A stretch of 64,000 nt of DNA from Verrucomicrobiota bacterium (GCA_036803685.1 DAIRTX010000006.1:3797-67796), one strand, 5' to 3'; shown: positions 34,353-45,157, counted from the first letter of the stretch. Numbers and translations: made by a program. The notes: generated by a model not told the origin, from the sequence alone.

Positions 34353-37262
34353 GTGAAAACTGGATTTTCCATCAACTGTCTTTTGGTCGCCACATTTTTT
34401 ACCATTGCCAGTTCGAATTTGTCCGCCGCCGGCACCCACAGCCCGCGCGAACGGTTGCTGCTCGACTCCGGCTGGAAATTTCATCTCGGCAATGAATGGG
34501 GCTTCGCCCAAAACCGCGCCAAGGCCGGCACCGGCAGCGGCCCCGCCAGCCAGTCCTTCAGCGACGCAAGCTGGCGCACGATCAACCTTCCGCACGATTG
34601 GGCGGTCGAACTGCCGTTTAACCAGGGCGCCGATGCCGCGCATGGATTCAAACCGGTCGGACCGGGCTTCGCAACCAATAACGTCGCCTGGTATCGTCGC
34701 ACCTTTGAATTGCCGGAAGCCGACGCCAGCAAACGCATCGGGCTGGAATTCGACGGCGTGTTCCGCGACGCCCAGGTTTTTGTGAACGGCTGGTTCGTCG
34801 GCCACCACGAAAGCGGCTATAGCAGCTTCCGCTATGACATCACCGACCTCGTCGTTCCCGGCGGCAAAAACGTCATTGCCGTGAAAGTGGACGCGTCACA
34901 GTTCGAAGGCTGGTTCTACGAAGGCGCGGGCATCTACCGCCACGTCTGGCTCGTGAAGACCGGGCCGCTCGCCATCGCGCCGGATGGAATTTTCGTTTGG
35001 AGCAAATTTAAGAACAACGTGCCGGAAGGTGATGCGGAAATTCACGTTCAAACAACCGTTCTGAACAAACTTGCGAACAGAGCCAGTGCGACTGTTGTTG
35101 CCGAAGTCGTTGGGCCGGATGGAAAAATTATTGGAAGCGCCCAAAGCCAAGATGGCGTAGGCCCTGACGCACAGTCCGAGTTTGAACAAACCATTTCAGT
35201 TTCAAAGCCAGTGCTTTGGTCACCAGAAACGCCCAAACTTTACAAAGTCGTCGTCAAAGTTTTCGGTGCCGATTCGACTGACCATTCTGCGAATCCGAAA
35301 GAGACAGTTGATTTGAAAGAAACCGAGTTCGGCATCCGCACCGTCGCGTTCGATGTCGAAAAGGGATTTTTACTAAACGGCAGGCCCTATGAACTCAAAG
35401 GCACGTGCAATCACCAGGACCACGCGGGGGTCGGCGCGGCGTTGCCGGACGGCTTGCAGTATTTCCGCATCACGAAATTGAAGGAGATGGGTGACAACGC
35501 CTATCGCACGTCGCACAACCCGCCCACGCCGGAATTGCTCGAAGCGTGCGACCGCCTCGGCCTGCTGGTCATGGACGAAAGCCGGCTGCTCGGCAGTGAC
35601 GAGGCAAATCTGCGGCGCTGGGAAGGCCAGATCCAGCGCGACCGGAACCATCCGAGTGTCGCCATCTGGTCCATTGCCAATGAGGAATTCCGCGTGCAAG
35701 GCACGCCCACCGGCAGACAGGTCGCCCTGACGATGCAGAATTTTGTCAAGCAACTCGATCCGACGCGGCCCGTGACGTACAACGCACCCGTCGGCAACGA
35801 GTTTCCGGGCATCAACTCCATCATCGAGGTCCGCGGCTGGAGTTATCACATCGGCACGAACAACATGGACGCCTATCACGCGGCGCATCCGAATCAGCCG
35901 AACGTCGGCAGCGAACAAGGCAGCACCGTCAGCACGCGGGGCATTTACACGAATGACGCGGCGCGCGGTTACGTGAGCGCCTACGATATCGGCGCAACGG
36001 TATGGTCCAACACCGCCGAACAGTGGTGGAGTTTCTTCGCCGTGCGACCGTGGCTTTCCGGCGGGTTCATCTGGACGGGGTTTGATTATCGCGGCGAACC
36101 GACGCCTTACGGCTGGCCGTGCATCAATTCGCATTTCGGCGTGATGGACATGTGCGGTTTCCCGAAGGACAACTTTTATTATTATCAATCGTGGTGGACG
36201 GACAAACCCGTTTTGCACCTGCTGCCGCATTGGAACTGGCCGGGCAAGGAAGGCGTGGAAATCGAGGTGCACGCCCTGAGCAATTGCGAAGAGGTCGAGT
36301 TGTTCCTCAACGGTCAGAGCCTCGGCCGGAAAATGATGGAAAGAAATTCACACCTGGCCTGGATGGTGCCATACGCGCCCGGCACGTTGAGCGCAAAAGG
36401 TTACAACGGCGGCAAGGCCATTGCCGAAACGAAAGTCGAAACGACCGGCGAACCCGCCGCCGTCCAGCTCGCGCCCGACCGCGCCACCCTCAACGCCGAC
36501 GGCGAGGACGTGAGCGTGTTCACGGTTTCCGCGACCGATGCACAAGGCCGCGTCGTGCCGGTGGCGGCGAATTTGATTCATTTTGAATTGAGCGGCCCCG
36601 GAAAAATTCTGGGCGTGGGCAATGGCGACCCGAGTTGTCACGAACCGGATGTTTTTCTCCCGCAATTTTCAGTGCGATCGGTCCCTTTGAACGACGGCTG
36701 GCGCTGGAAAAAATTGCCGAATGTTTACGACCCGAAGCTCGCCGAATTCAAAACGAATTTTGACGATTCGACCTGGGAGACGGCGGATCCGCAATCCGAC
36801 GGCGGCCCGCTGGGAGAGCGTGCCCAGGCGGTTTACCGCGTAAAAATCCAGGTGACCGGACCGGACCTCGCCGCCCGGGCGGTGGAGTTGCGCTGCGGCA
36901 TGATTGACGAGGACGGCTGGGTTTATGTGAACGGCAGGCAGATCGGCGAATCGCACGACTGGCAGGTCCCCGCCGTCTTTGATTTGAAACCGTTTCTGCA
37001 TCCGGGTGAAAACACCATTGCTGTGGCAGTGGCGAACTGGGGCGAACAGGGCGGACTTAACAAGGGCGTGCTGCTGGAATTTCAGAAAAAATCCGTCGCG
37101 CCCGAATGGCAGCGCAGCGTGTTCAACGGCCTGGCGCAAATCATCATCCAATCCACCAGGGAACCCGGCGAAATCAAGCTGACCGCCCGTGCGGCAGGTT
37201 TGTCCCCGGCCACCGTGTCCGTATCATCACAACCCGGCACTCCGCGTCCGGCGGCGCCTTAA
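34353..37262 (+). CDS. GH2 beta-galactosidase-like glycoside hydrolase
   Basis: LEFDGVF, GIYRHVWL, KGTCNHQD, RTSHNPP, WSIANEE, WTGFDYRGEPTP. Start placed at GTG 34353 with a signal peptide. Confidence 0.93.
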   Translation: MKTGFSINCLLVATFFTIASSNLSAAGTHSPRERLLLDSGWKFHLGNEWGFAQNRAKAGTGSGPASQSFSDASWRTINLPHDWAVELPFNQGADAAHGFKPVGPGFATNNVAWYRRTFELPEADASKRIGLEFDGVFRDAQVFVNGWFVGHHESGYSSFRYDITDLVVPGGKNVIAVKVDASQFEGWFYEGAGIYRHVWLVKTGPLAIAPDGIFVWSKFKNNVPEGDAEIHVQTTVLNKLANRASATVVAEVVGPDGKIIGSAQSQDGVGPDAQSEFEQTISVSKPVLWSPETPKLYKVVVKVFGADSTDHSANPKETVDLKETEFGIRTVAFDVEKGFLLNGRPYELKGTCNHQDHAGVGAALPDGLQYFRITKLKEMGDNAYRTSHNPPTPELLEACDRLGLLVMDESRLLGSDEANLRRWEGQIQRDRNHPSVAIWSIANEEFRVQGTPTGRQVALTMQNFVKQLDPTRPVTYNAPVGNEFPGINSIIEVRGWSYHIGTNNMDAYHAAHPNQPNVGSEQGSTVSTRGIYTNDAARGYVSAYDIGATVWSNTAEQWWSFFAVRPWLSGGFIWTGFDYRGEPTPYGWPCINSHFGVMDMCGFPKDNFYYYQSWWTDKPVLHLLPHWNWPGKEGVEIEVHALSNCEEVELFLNGQSLGRKMMERNSHLAWMVPYAPGTLSAKGYNGGKAIAETKVETTGEPAAVQLAPDRATLNADGEDVSVFTVSATDAQGRVVPVAANLIHFELSGPGKILGVGNGDPSCHEPDVFLPQFSVRSVPLNDGWRWKKLPNVYDPKLAEFKTNFDDSTWETADPQSDGGPLGERAQAVYRVKIQVTGPDLAARAVELRCGMIDEDGWVYVNGRQIGESHDWQVPAVFDLKPFLHPGENTIAVAVANWGEQGGLNKGVLLEFQKKSVAPEWQRSVFNGLAQIIIQSTREPGEIKLTARAAGLSPATVSVSSQPGTPRPAAP

Positions 37263-37309
37263 AAAATACCAGCGCGCTGAAAACCCGCGCATATTTCTTT
37301 ACGGGTTAT

Positions 37310-37343
37310 ACAAAACTTTGTCGCATATGCGACAAAGTTTTGT
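37310..37343. repeat. 34-bp perfect palindrome, copy 1
   Basis: ACAAAACTTTGTCGCATATGCGACAAAGTTTTGT, abutting the paaX stop codon. Confidence 0.95.
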
Positions 37344-38134
37344 CATGACGTGAATGGATTAAAGGTGCGCAATTGTCGCCCGGCTTCCCGAAGCACCTTG
37401 ATCCGCCGGCGCCACACCTGTTGCCCCAAGTAACCAGGCGGCAGAATTCTTTCCGGCAGGAGCGGATCATGTGTCACCGCGTCCAGCCACGCTTCGCGCT
37501 CCGCTGCGGCCCAACACCGTAACGCCTTGGCCGCTGCTTCGTTTCCAAGCGCCCCGCCTGGTCGTTCGCCAAGGATTTTCAAATGCCGGGCATAACGCTG
37601 ATTGATGCGTTCGAAGTCCCAGGCACCCGAGACGATTTCAGCGTCGGATTCCCCCGCGCATGGTCGCGCCTCCAGCAGGATGAGCGATTCCACATTGATC
37701 TTACCGCCAACGAGGATGCGTTTTTCCTCCTCAAGCGAATCAGGTGTAATCCAGACGCTGTTTTGCAAATAGCCGAAGCCTTTATCGTGGAGATAGCGTC
37801 GTAATTGCGCGCGCTGTGAATTCTGCGTGGTTGGAACATCGAACAGCACGAGCCGCCAGCGACCGTCCCATTCGCGCGCCCATCTAGCCTGTGGGTCACG
37901 TCCGCCCATCGCGCGCAGGCGACCCTGCCAGGTGAGCCGATACGTGCGGTCATCAAGCACAGTGGAGCCACGTTCGACCAGGTGCTGCTCCTCCAGCGCG
38001 GCCACCTGACGCAGCAGGTTGTTGCGATAGGCCCAACTCTCGTAAGAGTCCGTGAGGTTGCGGAACGTGGGCCGGGCCAACATTTCGGCGGACCAGAGGA
38101 GGAAATTCAGAAATTCTTCCGTTTGAGGTTTCAT
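37343..38134 (-). CDS. PaaX-family transcriptional regulator
   Basis: YRLT..G wing, WDGRWRLVLFDVP..RAQLRRYL..GFGYLQNSVWITP central domain, AWDFERINQRY, DPLLPERILPPGYLG. Start placed at ATG 38134. Confidence 0.88.
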   Translation of the reverse strand: MKPQTEEFLNFLLWSAEMLARPTFRNLTDSYESWAYRNNLLRQVAALEEQHLVERGSTVLDDRTYRLTWQGRLRAMGGRDPQARWAREWDGRWRLVLFDVPTTQNSQRAQLRRYLHDKGFGYLQNSVWITPDSLEEEKRILVGGKINVESLILLEARPCAGESDAEIVSGAWDFERINQRYARHLKILGERPGGALGNEAAAKALRCWAAAEREAWLDAVTHDPLLPERILPPGYLGQQVWRRRIKVLREAGRQLRTFNPFTS

Positions 38135-38169
38135 GACCGGATATTGGCAAGAGCAGGCAAGTAATGCCA

Positions 38170-38205
38170 TACAAAACTTTGTCGCATATGCGACAAAGTT
38201 TTGTA
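38170..38205. repeat. Perfect palindrome, copy 2 (36 bp including flanking T/A)
   Basis: Identical 34-bp core at 38171-38204, about 36 nt upstream of the paaX ATG. Confidence 0.95.
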
Positions 38206-38274
38206 ATGGCTGACACACCATCGTATGACAAAAACATGTTGGCGCGCATCATTCCTGCCGTGTAATTTGGGCTC

Positions 38275-40995
38275 ATGCAACGGACGATTCTTTGCGCGCT
38301 GGCAGGTTTCACCGTCTGCCTTTCAACCAGCATCGCCTTCGCCGACGAGGAAACCTGCGTGGCCTGTGACCGGAAGGTCCTGGTCAGCGGCCAGTTCGAA
38401 CACGGCCGGGGACATGAAAGCCTGGCGATCCAGGGCGCGCCGAAACGCGGCGAGGAAGCGTTCCGCAAGGAAATTTATGGATCCAATTTCACTGTGTCCG
38501 CCCCCAATCTTCCCGCCGGCAAATACACCGTCCTGATCGGGCTGACGGAAATCGTTTTCACCAACGCCGGCCAGCGCGCGTTCGACATCACCTGCGGCAA
38601 CCAGACGCTCGCGCGCAATCTCGACGTTTTCACCGCCGCCGGCGGCGCGGGCCGGGTCCTCCTGCTCACCAACCGGATTGATTTTCCCGGTGACGCGGCA
38701 CACGGGCCGTTCACCCTCGCCTTCACCGGGCGCACCAACACGGCGAAGCTGAACACGTTCGAACTCAAGGATGCCTCCGGCCAGTCGCTCATTTCGATGC
38801 AGGCGGCGGATTTGATTGACGCCGAGGACACCAACGCGTTGCAAGCGCCCGTCGTCGCCGGGCTGGAAATCTGGAAGGACGCCGCGCAACCCACCGCCGC
38901 ACGGGTGGACGACCTCGTGCAACGCTTGTCGCTCGCCGAAAAGGTGCAGCAGATGCGCAACGCCGCCCCGGCCATTCCGCGACTTGGCATTCCCGCCTAC
39001 GATTATTGGAGTGAATGTCTTCACGGTGTCGCGCGCGCCGGCACGGCCACGGTTTTTCCCCAGGCCATCGGCATGGCCGCGGCGTGGGACGTGCCGCTCC
39101 TGCATCAGGCCGCCGACGTCATCGCCACCGAGGCCCGCGCCAAACACAACGACTACGCCGTCAAGCACAACGGCGACAGCGCGCGCTATTTCGGCCTCAC
39201 GTTCTGGACGCCGAACATCAACCTCTTCCGCGATCCGCGCTGGGGCCGCGGCCAGGAAACCTATGGCGAAGACCCGTTCCTCACGGCCCGGCTCGGCGTG
39301 GCGTTCATTCGCGGATTGCAGGGTGACGACCCGAAATATGTGAAGGCCATGGCGTGCGCGAAACATTATGCCGTCCACAGCGGACCGGAATTGGAGCGGC
39401 ACCGTTTTGACGTTGCGCCGTCCGAACGCGATTTTTACGAAACGTATCTGCCGCAATTCGAGGCCGCCGTCCGCGAAGGCCGCGTCGGCGCAGTCATGGG
39501 CGCCTACAATTCCGTCCATGGCCAGCCGGCCTGTGCCAGCCCGCTCCTGCTCACGGACCTTTTGCGGAAGCAGTGGGGCTTTGACGGTCACGTGGTTTCC
39601 GATTGCGGCGCGATTTATGACATTTACGCGAATCACAAATTCACGGCCACGCCGGCGGAGGCCGCGGCCGCGGCGGTGAAGGCCGGCGACGATCTCTGTT
39701 GCGGCACGGATTACAACTCACTGGTGCGCGCGGGCAAAAAAGGTCTGATTTCGGAAAAGGAAATTAACACCGCGGTCGGCCGCGTGCTCGAAGCGCGGTT
39801 CCGGCTGGGGCTGTTTGATCCGCCGGGAAAAGTGCCGGGCGCGCAAATTCCCATTTCGCAAAACGACACGCCCGCCCATGAGGCGCTGGCGCTGAAAATG
39901 GCGCGCGAATCCATCGTGCTGTTGAAAAACGACAGCCGGTTGCCGCTCGACCGCGCCAAAATCAAACGCATTGCCGTCATCGGCACCAACGCCAGTTCCG
40001 TGGCGGTGCTGCTCGGCAATTACAACGGCACGCCGGCCCGGCCGGTGACCATTCTTGACGGCATCAAAAGTGTGGCCGGCACAAACATCCGGGTGATTTA
40101 TGAACCGGCTTGTCCGCTGGCGCTGCGCAAGGACGGGACGGACAAGCCCAACGCCCAAATGTGGACCAGGGCCATCGCCGCCGCGTGGATGTCGGACGTG
40201 ATTATTTACGTCGGCGGTATCAGCCCGCGGCTGGAGGGCGAGGAAATGAAAGTGGACTATGACGGCTTCAGCGGCGGCGACCGCACGGAGATCGAATTGC
40301 CATCGGTGCAAAACGAATTGCTCAAAGCGTTGCAGGCGACCGGCAAGCCGGTCGTATTCGTCAATTGCAGCGGCAGCGCCATTGCCATGCCGTGGGCCGC
40401 CACCAATCTGCCAGCGATTTTGCAGGCGTGGTATCCGGGCGAACAGGGCGGGCGCGCCGTGGCCGACATTCTATTCGGCGATGTAAACCCCTCCGGACGG
40501 CTGCCGGTCACTTTTTACCGCGCCACCGCCGACCTGCCGGCGTTTGACAATTATTCGATGTCCAACCGCACCTACCGTTACTTCAACGGCCGGGCGGACT
40601 TCGCCTTCGGCCACGGTTTGAGCTACACCAAGTTTGATTACAACAGCCCGAAGCTCAACGGGACAAATTTCACGGCAAACGACACGATCAAACTCACGTT
40701 TTCGCTGCTGAACGCCGGCGCCCGGGACGGTGATGAAGTGGCGCAGGTTTATTTCCGGCAGGTGAACTCCGCCCGGCCCCAGGCCAAGCTCGCGCTGTGC
40801 GGCTTTGTGCGGATTCATTTGCAGGCCAGCCAGGGGGCCAGATTCACCATGAACATTCCGACGGAACGATTCCGCTGTTGGGACGCGGCCAAAAAGCAGT
40901 ACACCGTCGAGCCCGGCAATTACGAACTGCTGGTGGGCGCGGCGTCCGACGACATCCGCCTGCGTGTGCCGCTGAAAATTGCCGCCGCGAAATAA
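38275..40995 (+). CDS. GH3 beta-glucosidase/xylosidase with N-terminal malectin-like module
   Basis: FWTPNINLFRDPRWGRGQETYGEDP, CAKHYAVH, VVSDCGAI, LEGEEM, Fn3-like C-terminus. N-terminal GKYTVLIGLTEI..GQRAFDI. Confidence 0.93.
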   Translation: MQRTILCALAGFTVCLSTSIAFADEETCVACDRKVLVSGQFEHGRGHESLAIQGAPKRGEEAFRKEIYGSNFTVSAPNLPAGKYTVLIGLTEIVFTNAGQRAFDITCGNQTLARNLDVFTAAGGAGRVLLLTNRIDFPGDAAHGPFTLAFTGRTNTAKLNTFELKDASGQSLISMQAADLIDAEDTNALQAPVVAGLEIWKDAAQPTAARVDDLVQRLSLAEKVQQMRNAAPAIPRLGIPAYDYWSECLHGVARAGTATVFPQAIGMAAAWDVPLLHQAADVIATEARAKHNDYAVKHNGDSARYFGLTFWTPNINLFRDPRWGRGQETYGEDPFLTARLGVAFIRGLQGDDPKYVKAMACAKHYAVHSGPELERHRFDVAPSERDFYETYLPQFEAAVREGRVGAVMGAYNSVHGQPACASPLLLTDLLRKQWGFDGHVVSDCGAIYDIYANHKFTATPAEAAAAAVKAGDDLCCGTDYNSLVRAGKKGLISEKEINTAVGRVLEARFRLGLFDPPGKVPGAQIPISQNDTPAHEALALKMARESIVLLKNDSRLPLDRAKIKRIAVIGTNASSVAVLLGNYNGTPARPVTILDGIKSVAGTNIRVIYEPACPLALRKDGTDKPNAQMWTRAIAAAWMSDVIIYVGGISPRLEGEEMKVDYDGFSGGDRTEIELPSVQNELLKALQATGKPVVFVNCSGSAIAMPWAATNLPAILQAWYPGEQGGRAVADILFGDVNPSGRLPVTFYRATADLPAFDNYSMSNRTYRYFNGRADFAFGHGLSYTKFDYNSPKLNGTNFTANDTIKLTFSLLNAGARDGDEVAQVYFRQVNSARPQAKLALCGFVRIHLQASQGARFTMNIPTERFRCWDAAKKQYTVEPGNYELLVGAASDDIRLRVPLKIAAAK

Positions 40996-41206
40996 CGGGC
41001 GCCACCGGGCAGCACCACCACCGAACGGGGTGAGCCGGCTTGGTGCCCCGTCCCGCCCTGCGAGACGGTAAAATCATGATGAGCCACAAGGACCGTCCCG
41101 CAAAGCGGGGCGGGACACCGAACGGTGGCAGAGCCAAATGCCCCCGCCATGACCCGACGTTGCAAAAAATCTCGCAACTGAAAACAAAACTGAGAGGATG
41201 CTTTGC

Positions 41207-43549
41207 ATGAGCCGCACATTTAAAAAATTCACAACTACCGCCGCCGCGCTGGTCTTTCTGGGAGCAGGAGCGGCGGCATTCGCCGGCGATCTTGTCCTGT
41301 GGTACCAGCAGCCGGTGGGAGTCGCAACGAACGAGCCGCCGACAACCACCAAGGGTACGCCGCCCCTCGGCCTGGCCGGCGGCACGGTGCCGCCTTTCAT
41401 CAATGAAGCGCTGCCCATCGGCAACGGGCGCCTCGGCGGGCTGATTGCCGGCGGAACGGCGCGCGAACGGATCGTGCTCAACGAGGACAGCCTGTGGACC
41501 GGCGATGAAAATCCCTCGGGCAATGACAAAATGATGGGTGCCTACCAGTGCCTGGGCAATCTGTTCATCAATCTGCCGGGACATGAAAACCTCGCGGATT
41601 ACCGGCGCGAACTCGACATCGGGAACGCGCTGGCGCACGTCAGCTACCAGTCGGACGGCGTGAATTACCGGCGGGAATATTTTTGCAGCCATCCCGACGG
41701 GGTGCTGGTCGTGCGGCTCACCGCCGACCGGCCCGGCAGTTATACCGGCAGCATTGAATTGAACGATGCCCACGCCGCGCAAACTGTCGCAGCCAAAAAT
41801 CGCCTGGCTTTTGCGGGTGCGCTCACCAACGGCCTGAAATACGAGGTACAATTGCGCGTGCTCTCCGAGGGCGGTTCGTTGCAAACCAACGGCGCGACGC
41901 TCGAATTCAAAAATTGCAACGGCCTCACGCTCATTGTCGCGGTGGGCACGGACTACGCGATGGATTATGCCGTGAAATATCGCGGTGAAGACCCGCATGC
42001 ACGCGCGACCAAACAGGTCGAAAAGGCCGCCGCCAAAAAATACGATGACCTCAAGGCCCGGCACGAAAAGGATTTTCATGCGTTGTTCGACCGCGTCGCA
42101 CTCGACCTGGGCCAATCCTCCGCCGGACAGCTTGAGCTGCCCACCGACGTGCGCAAGGCCATGGCCGTCGGCACGGTGGACCCCGGGCTCGAGGAACTGC
42201 TGTTTCAATACGGCCGCTACCTGCTCATCTCCTGTTCGCGTCCCGGCGGATTGCCGGCAAATCTGCAGGGCCTCTGGAACGACAACAACAATCCGCCGTG
42301 GCATTCCGATTATCACGCGAACATCAACGTGGAGATGAATTACTGGCCCGCCGAGGTGGCCAACCTGTCCGTGTGCCATCAGCCGTTCTTTGACCTCGTG
42401 TTGACCCAGCTCCCGGCCTGGCGCAAGGCCACCGCCGCCTCGCCCGACCTCAAGACACCTTCCGGCGCGATGACCACGCGGGGTTGGGCCATCCGCACTT
42501 CACACAACATTTATGGCGGCATGGGCTGGAAGTGGGACAAGACGGCGAACGCCTGGTATGCTCACGGGTTCTGGGAACATTACGCCTTCACCGGCGACAA
42601 AAAATACTTGAAGAAGACGGCCTGGCCGGTGATGAAGGAAACCTGCGAATTCTGGATGGACCATTTGAAGGAATTGCCGGATGGCAAACTGGTCGTGCCC
42701 AACGGCTGGTCGCCCGAACACGGGCCGGTCCTGGACGGCGTGAGTTACAATCAGGAAATCGTCTGGGACCTGTTCAACAACACTATCGCCGCGGCGGACG
42801 CGCTCGGCGCGGACAAGACGTTTCGCGATAAAATCGCCGCGATGCGCGACAAGCTGGTCACGCCAGGGATCGGCAGTTGGGGCCAGTTGCTCGAATGGAT
42901 GACCGAATTGCACGACCCGAAATATCCGGAACTTGACACGCGCAACGACCATCACCGCCACACGTCGCATCTGTTCGCGGTGTATCCTGGCCAACAGATC
43001 AGCATCGTCAAAACGCCCAAGCTGGCGGTGGCGGCGAAGGTCTCGCTCGACGCGCGGGGCATTGATCCGACCAGCGACGTGCGCGAATGGTCGTTCGCCT
43101 GGCGCACCGCCCTGCACGCGCGCCTGCACGACGGCGAAGGCGCGCACCAAATGCTCCAGCAGTTGTTTTCCGCGCGCAACACCTGCCCGAATCTTTTCGG
43201 TTTGCATCCGCCGATGCAGATGGACGGCAACTTCGGCATCACCGGCGGCATCTGCGAAATGCTGCTGCAAAGCGATCAACTCGAACTCCGAACTCCCAAC
43301 TCCGAACTCCGAATTCTGGATTTGCTGCCTGCGTTGCCGAAGGCATGGCCCGACGGCAGCGTGAAGGGGCTGCGCGCGCGCGGCGGCTTTGAGGTGGACA
43401 TCACCTGGAAGGACGGCAAGCTGGTTTCCGCCACCGTGCATTCGCTGCTGGGCAATCTCTGCCGCCTGCGCTACGGCGACGTGACCCGCGACGTGAAAAT
43501 CAAGAAGGGCAAAACGTTTCAGTGGGACGGACAATCTGCGCCGAAATAA
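41207..43549 (+). CDS. GH95 alpha-L-fucosidase-like hydrolase
   Basis: [69 protein letters not shown]. In-frame heptamer insert at 43282-43316. Confidence 0.93.
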   Translation: MSRTFKKFTTTAAALVFLGAGAAAFAGDLVLWYQQPVGVATNEPPTTTKGTPPLGLAGGTVPPFINEALPIGNGRLGGLIAGGTARERIVLNEDSLWTGDENPSGNDKMMGAYQCLGNLFINLPGHENLADYRRELDIGNALAHVSYQSDGVNYRREYFCSHPDGVLVVRLTADRPGSYTGSIELNDAHAAQTVAAKNRLAFAGALTNGLKYEVQLRVLSEGGSLQTNGATLEFKNCNGLTLIVAVGTDYAMDYAVKYRGEDPHARATKQVEKAAAKKYDDLKARHEKDFHALFDRVALDLGQSSAGQLELPTDVRKAMAVGTVDPGLEELLFQYGRYLLISCSRPGGLPANLQGLWNDNNNPPWHSDYHANINVEMNYWPAEVANLSVCHQPFFDLVLTQLPAWRKATAASPDLKTPSGAMTTRGWAIRTSHNIYGGMGWKWDKTANAWYAHGFWEHYAFTGDKKYLKKTAWPVMKETCEFWMDHLKELPDGKLVVPNGWSPEHGPVLDGVSYNQEIVWDLFNNTIAAADALGADKTFRDKIAAMRDKLVTPGIGSWGQLLEWMTELHDPKYPELDTRNDHHRHTSHLFAVYPGQQISIVKTPKLAVAAKVSLDARGIDPTSDVREWSFAWRTALHARLHDGEGAHQMLQQLFSARNTCPNLFGLHPPMQMDGNFGITGGICEMLLQSDQLELRTPNSELRILDLLPALPKAWPDGSVKGLRARGGFEVDITWKDGKLVSATVHSLLGNLCRLRYGDVTRDVKIKKGKTFQWDGQSAPK

Positions 43550-43582
43550 AATTCAAATTGCCGCAGTCCGCCATCGTCAAAT

Positions 43583-44857
43583 CTACTTTTCGCTGCTGCC
43601 GAGATTGCCCAAGGCATGGTCCGCCGGAAGATTTTGGCCGGACCAGATTTTACGGGCCGTCCAGTCCGCCGCCGGCCCGCTCCAAAACGCGTGGCGGGCG
43701 GGCAACCCCAGCGGCAAAAAGACAAAAGTGCAGAGATACAGGCTGCCGGTGCTGATGTAGGGTTCCGCCAGGCCCGGTTGATGGCCGGCCAGGCCGACCC
43801 GCAACCAGCCATCGGCGTCAAAGGTGTCCGCCGCTCCCAAGGTGCGCCGGATCACCGCCGTCAACGCCGCCCGCACTTGCGGGGGTTTGACGCCCTCCGA
43901 CAACTCATCGCGCAACGCCATTTGCGCCAGCAATTGGAACGCGCCACACCGGTAGGTGATGGAACGGCCAATCGCCGGATAGCTGCCGTCCGGTGCAATC
44001 AAGTGTTCCTGCACGGCCGCATAACGTCGCGCCCGTTGCCGCACCGCGCCGAGCGGCTCCGCCCATCGGTTTGAAACCTTGCCGATGTGTTCCAACACGT
44101 CCAGCAGGAACGGCTGGATGACGAAACTGTTGTAATAGTCCCAGTGGAATTCCGTGCCGTCGCCATACGTGCCGTCGCCTTTATACCATTGTGCGAAGGC
44201 ACGAATGGCGGTTTCGATGGGCTGTGGCCGCCATTCTTCGCCGATGCTGGCGAGAAAGGTTTCAATCATCGCGGGAAAAAGCAGCCAGTTGCTCTGGCCG
44301 GGCTTGAGGTCGCGGGTTGATTTCAATGCCGTCACCAGCCGCTCCTGCGTCGGCTGCTCCAATTTTCCCCAAAGCCCACTCGGCGACCGCAACAAGGCAT
44401 GGGACAGGAACGCCGCGTCCACCAGACACTGCCCGCCCACAGTGAAGTTGATGAAGTCCGGCGATTCCGGATTCGTCGCCTGGGCCAGTCCCCGGCAGGC
44501 GAAGTCGGCGAAACGGCGCCCCAGCTCCGCTTCCTCGGCGGTTTTATCCGCCAACTCCAGCCACGGCGCAAGGCCGGACAAGGTGCGTGCAACCGCTTCG
44601 AGATGCGTCACCGGCCGCCGCCCGGCGACATTACCGGTCGGACATTCCACCGGCATCCGCTCGCGAAGTTTGCCGGCCGCCAGATTGCTCAACACCGGCC
44701 CGGCGACCCGCTCGAGCATTTTCAGCCAATAGGCCCGGTCGCTTTTGGCGCTGGAAAAATCATCTTCCGCCACGGCTGGACCGGCGTTCAGTTTGGGCAA
44801 AACGAGAAAAGTCCCCGCTATCCCCAAATCACGAAAAAACCGGCGGCGCGAGTTCAT
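43583..44857 (-). CDS. DUF2264-family protein with twin-arginine-like signal
   Basis: SRRRFF signal; HLEAVARTLSGLAPWLEL, LVDAAFL, WYKGDG.YGDG, FHWDYYNSFVI, GRSITYR, YISTGSLYLC. Confidence 0.8.
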   Translation of the reverse strand: MNSRRRFFRDLGIAGTFLVLPKLNAGPAVAEDDFSSAKSDRAYWLKMLERVAGPVLSNLAAGKLRERMPVECPTGNVAGRRPVTHLEAVARTLSGLAPWLELADKTAEEAELGRRFADFACRGLAQATNPESPDFINFTVGGQCLVDAAFLSHALLRSPSGLWGKLEQPTQERLVTALKSTRDLKPGQSNWLLFPAMIETFLASIGEEWRPQPIETAIRAFAQWYKGDGTYGDGTEFHWDYYNSFVIQPFLLDVLEHIGKVSNRWAEPLGAVRQRARRYAAVQEHLIAPDGSYPAIGRSITYRCGAFQLLAQMALRDELSEGVKPPQVRAALTAVIRRTLGAADTFDADGWLRVGLAGHQPGLAEPYISTGSLYLCTFVFLPLGLPARHAFWSGPAADWTARKIWSGQNLPADHALGNLGSSEK

Positions 44858-44965
44858 AAATAAAAACAGACCCGTTCAGTTTTCAGGCGCAGGAGTCAGG
44901 TTGTCCAGAATGAAATTGCCCGGCGTGTCCTGCGGGATGCAACCGGGCACTGCCCGTAAATCCCA

Positions 44966-45060
44966 GCCGCCTACGCTACGGCGACGTGACCCGTGACGTG
45001 AAAATTAAAAAAGGCAAATTGTTTCAGTGGGATGGACAGTCGGAGTTGAAGTCCAATTGA
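44966..45060 (+). pseudogene. Orphan duplicate of the GH95 3' end
   Basis: [25 protein letters not shown], homologous to 43461-43536, ending in TGA at 45058-45060. Confidence 0.8.
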
Positions 45061-45080
45061 CCCGGGAGCTTGATTGCAAA

Positions 45081-45154
45081 GGCAGGGCGGCCAGTCTCCC
45101 GCCCGCCGTTCGTTTGAATAAATTTTCGGCGCGCACGGAGTGACGCGCCCTACC
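45081..45154. repeat. GG(C/T)AGGG...CCCTACC REP variant
   Basis: Termini match the REP family. Lies at the 3' end of xylB. Confidence 0.6.
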
Positions 45155-45157
45155 ACA

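Noticed and set aside
37343-38134. Cas2 of a CRISPR system
   Set aside because: The Cas2-like segment is the normal central domain of PaaX; no cas1 or array is present.
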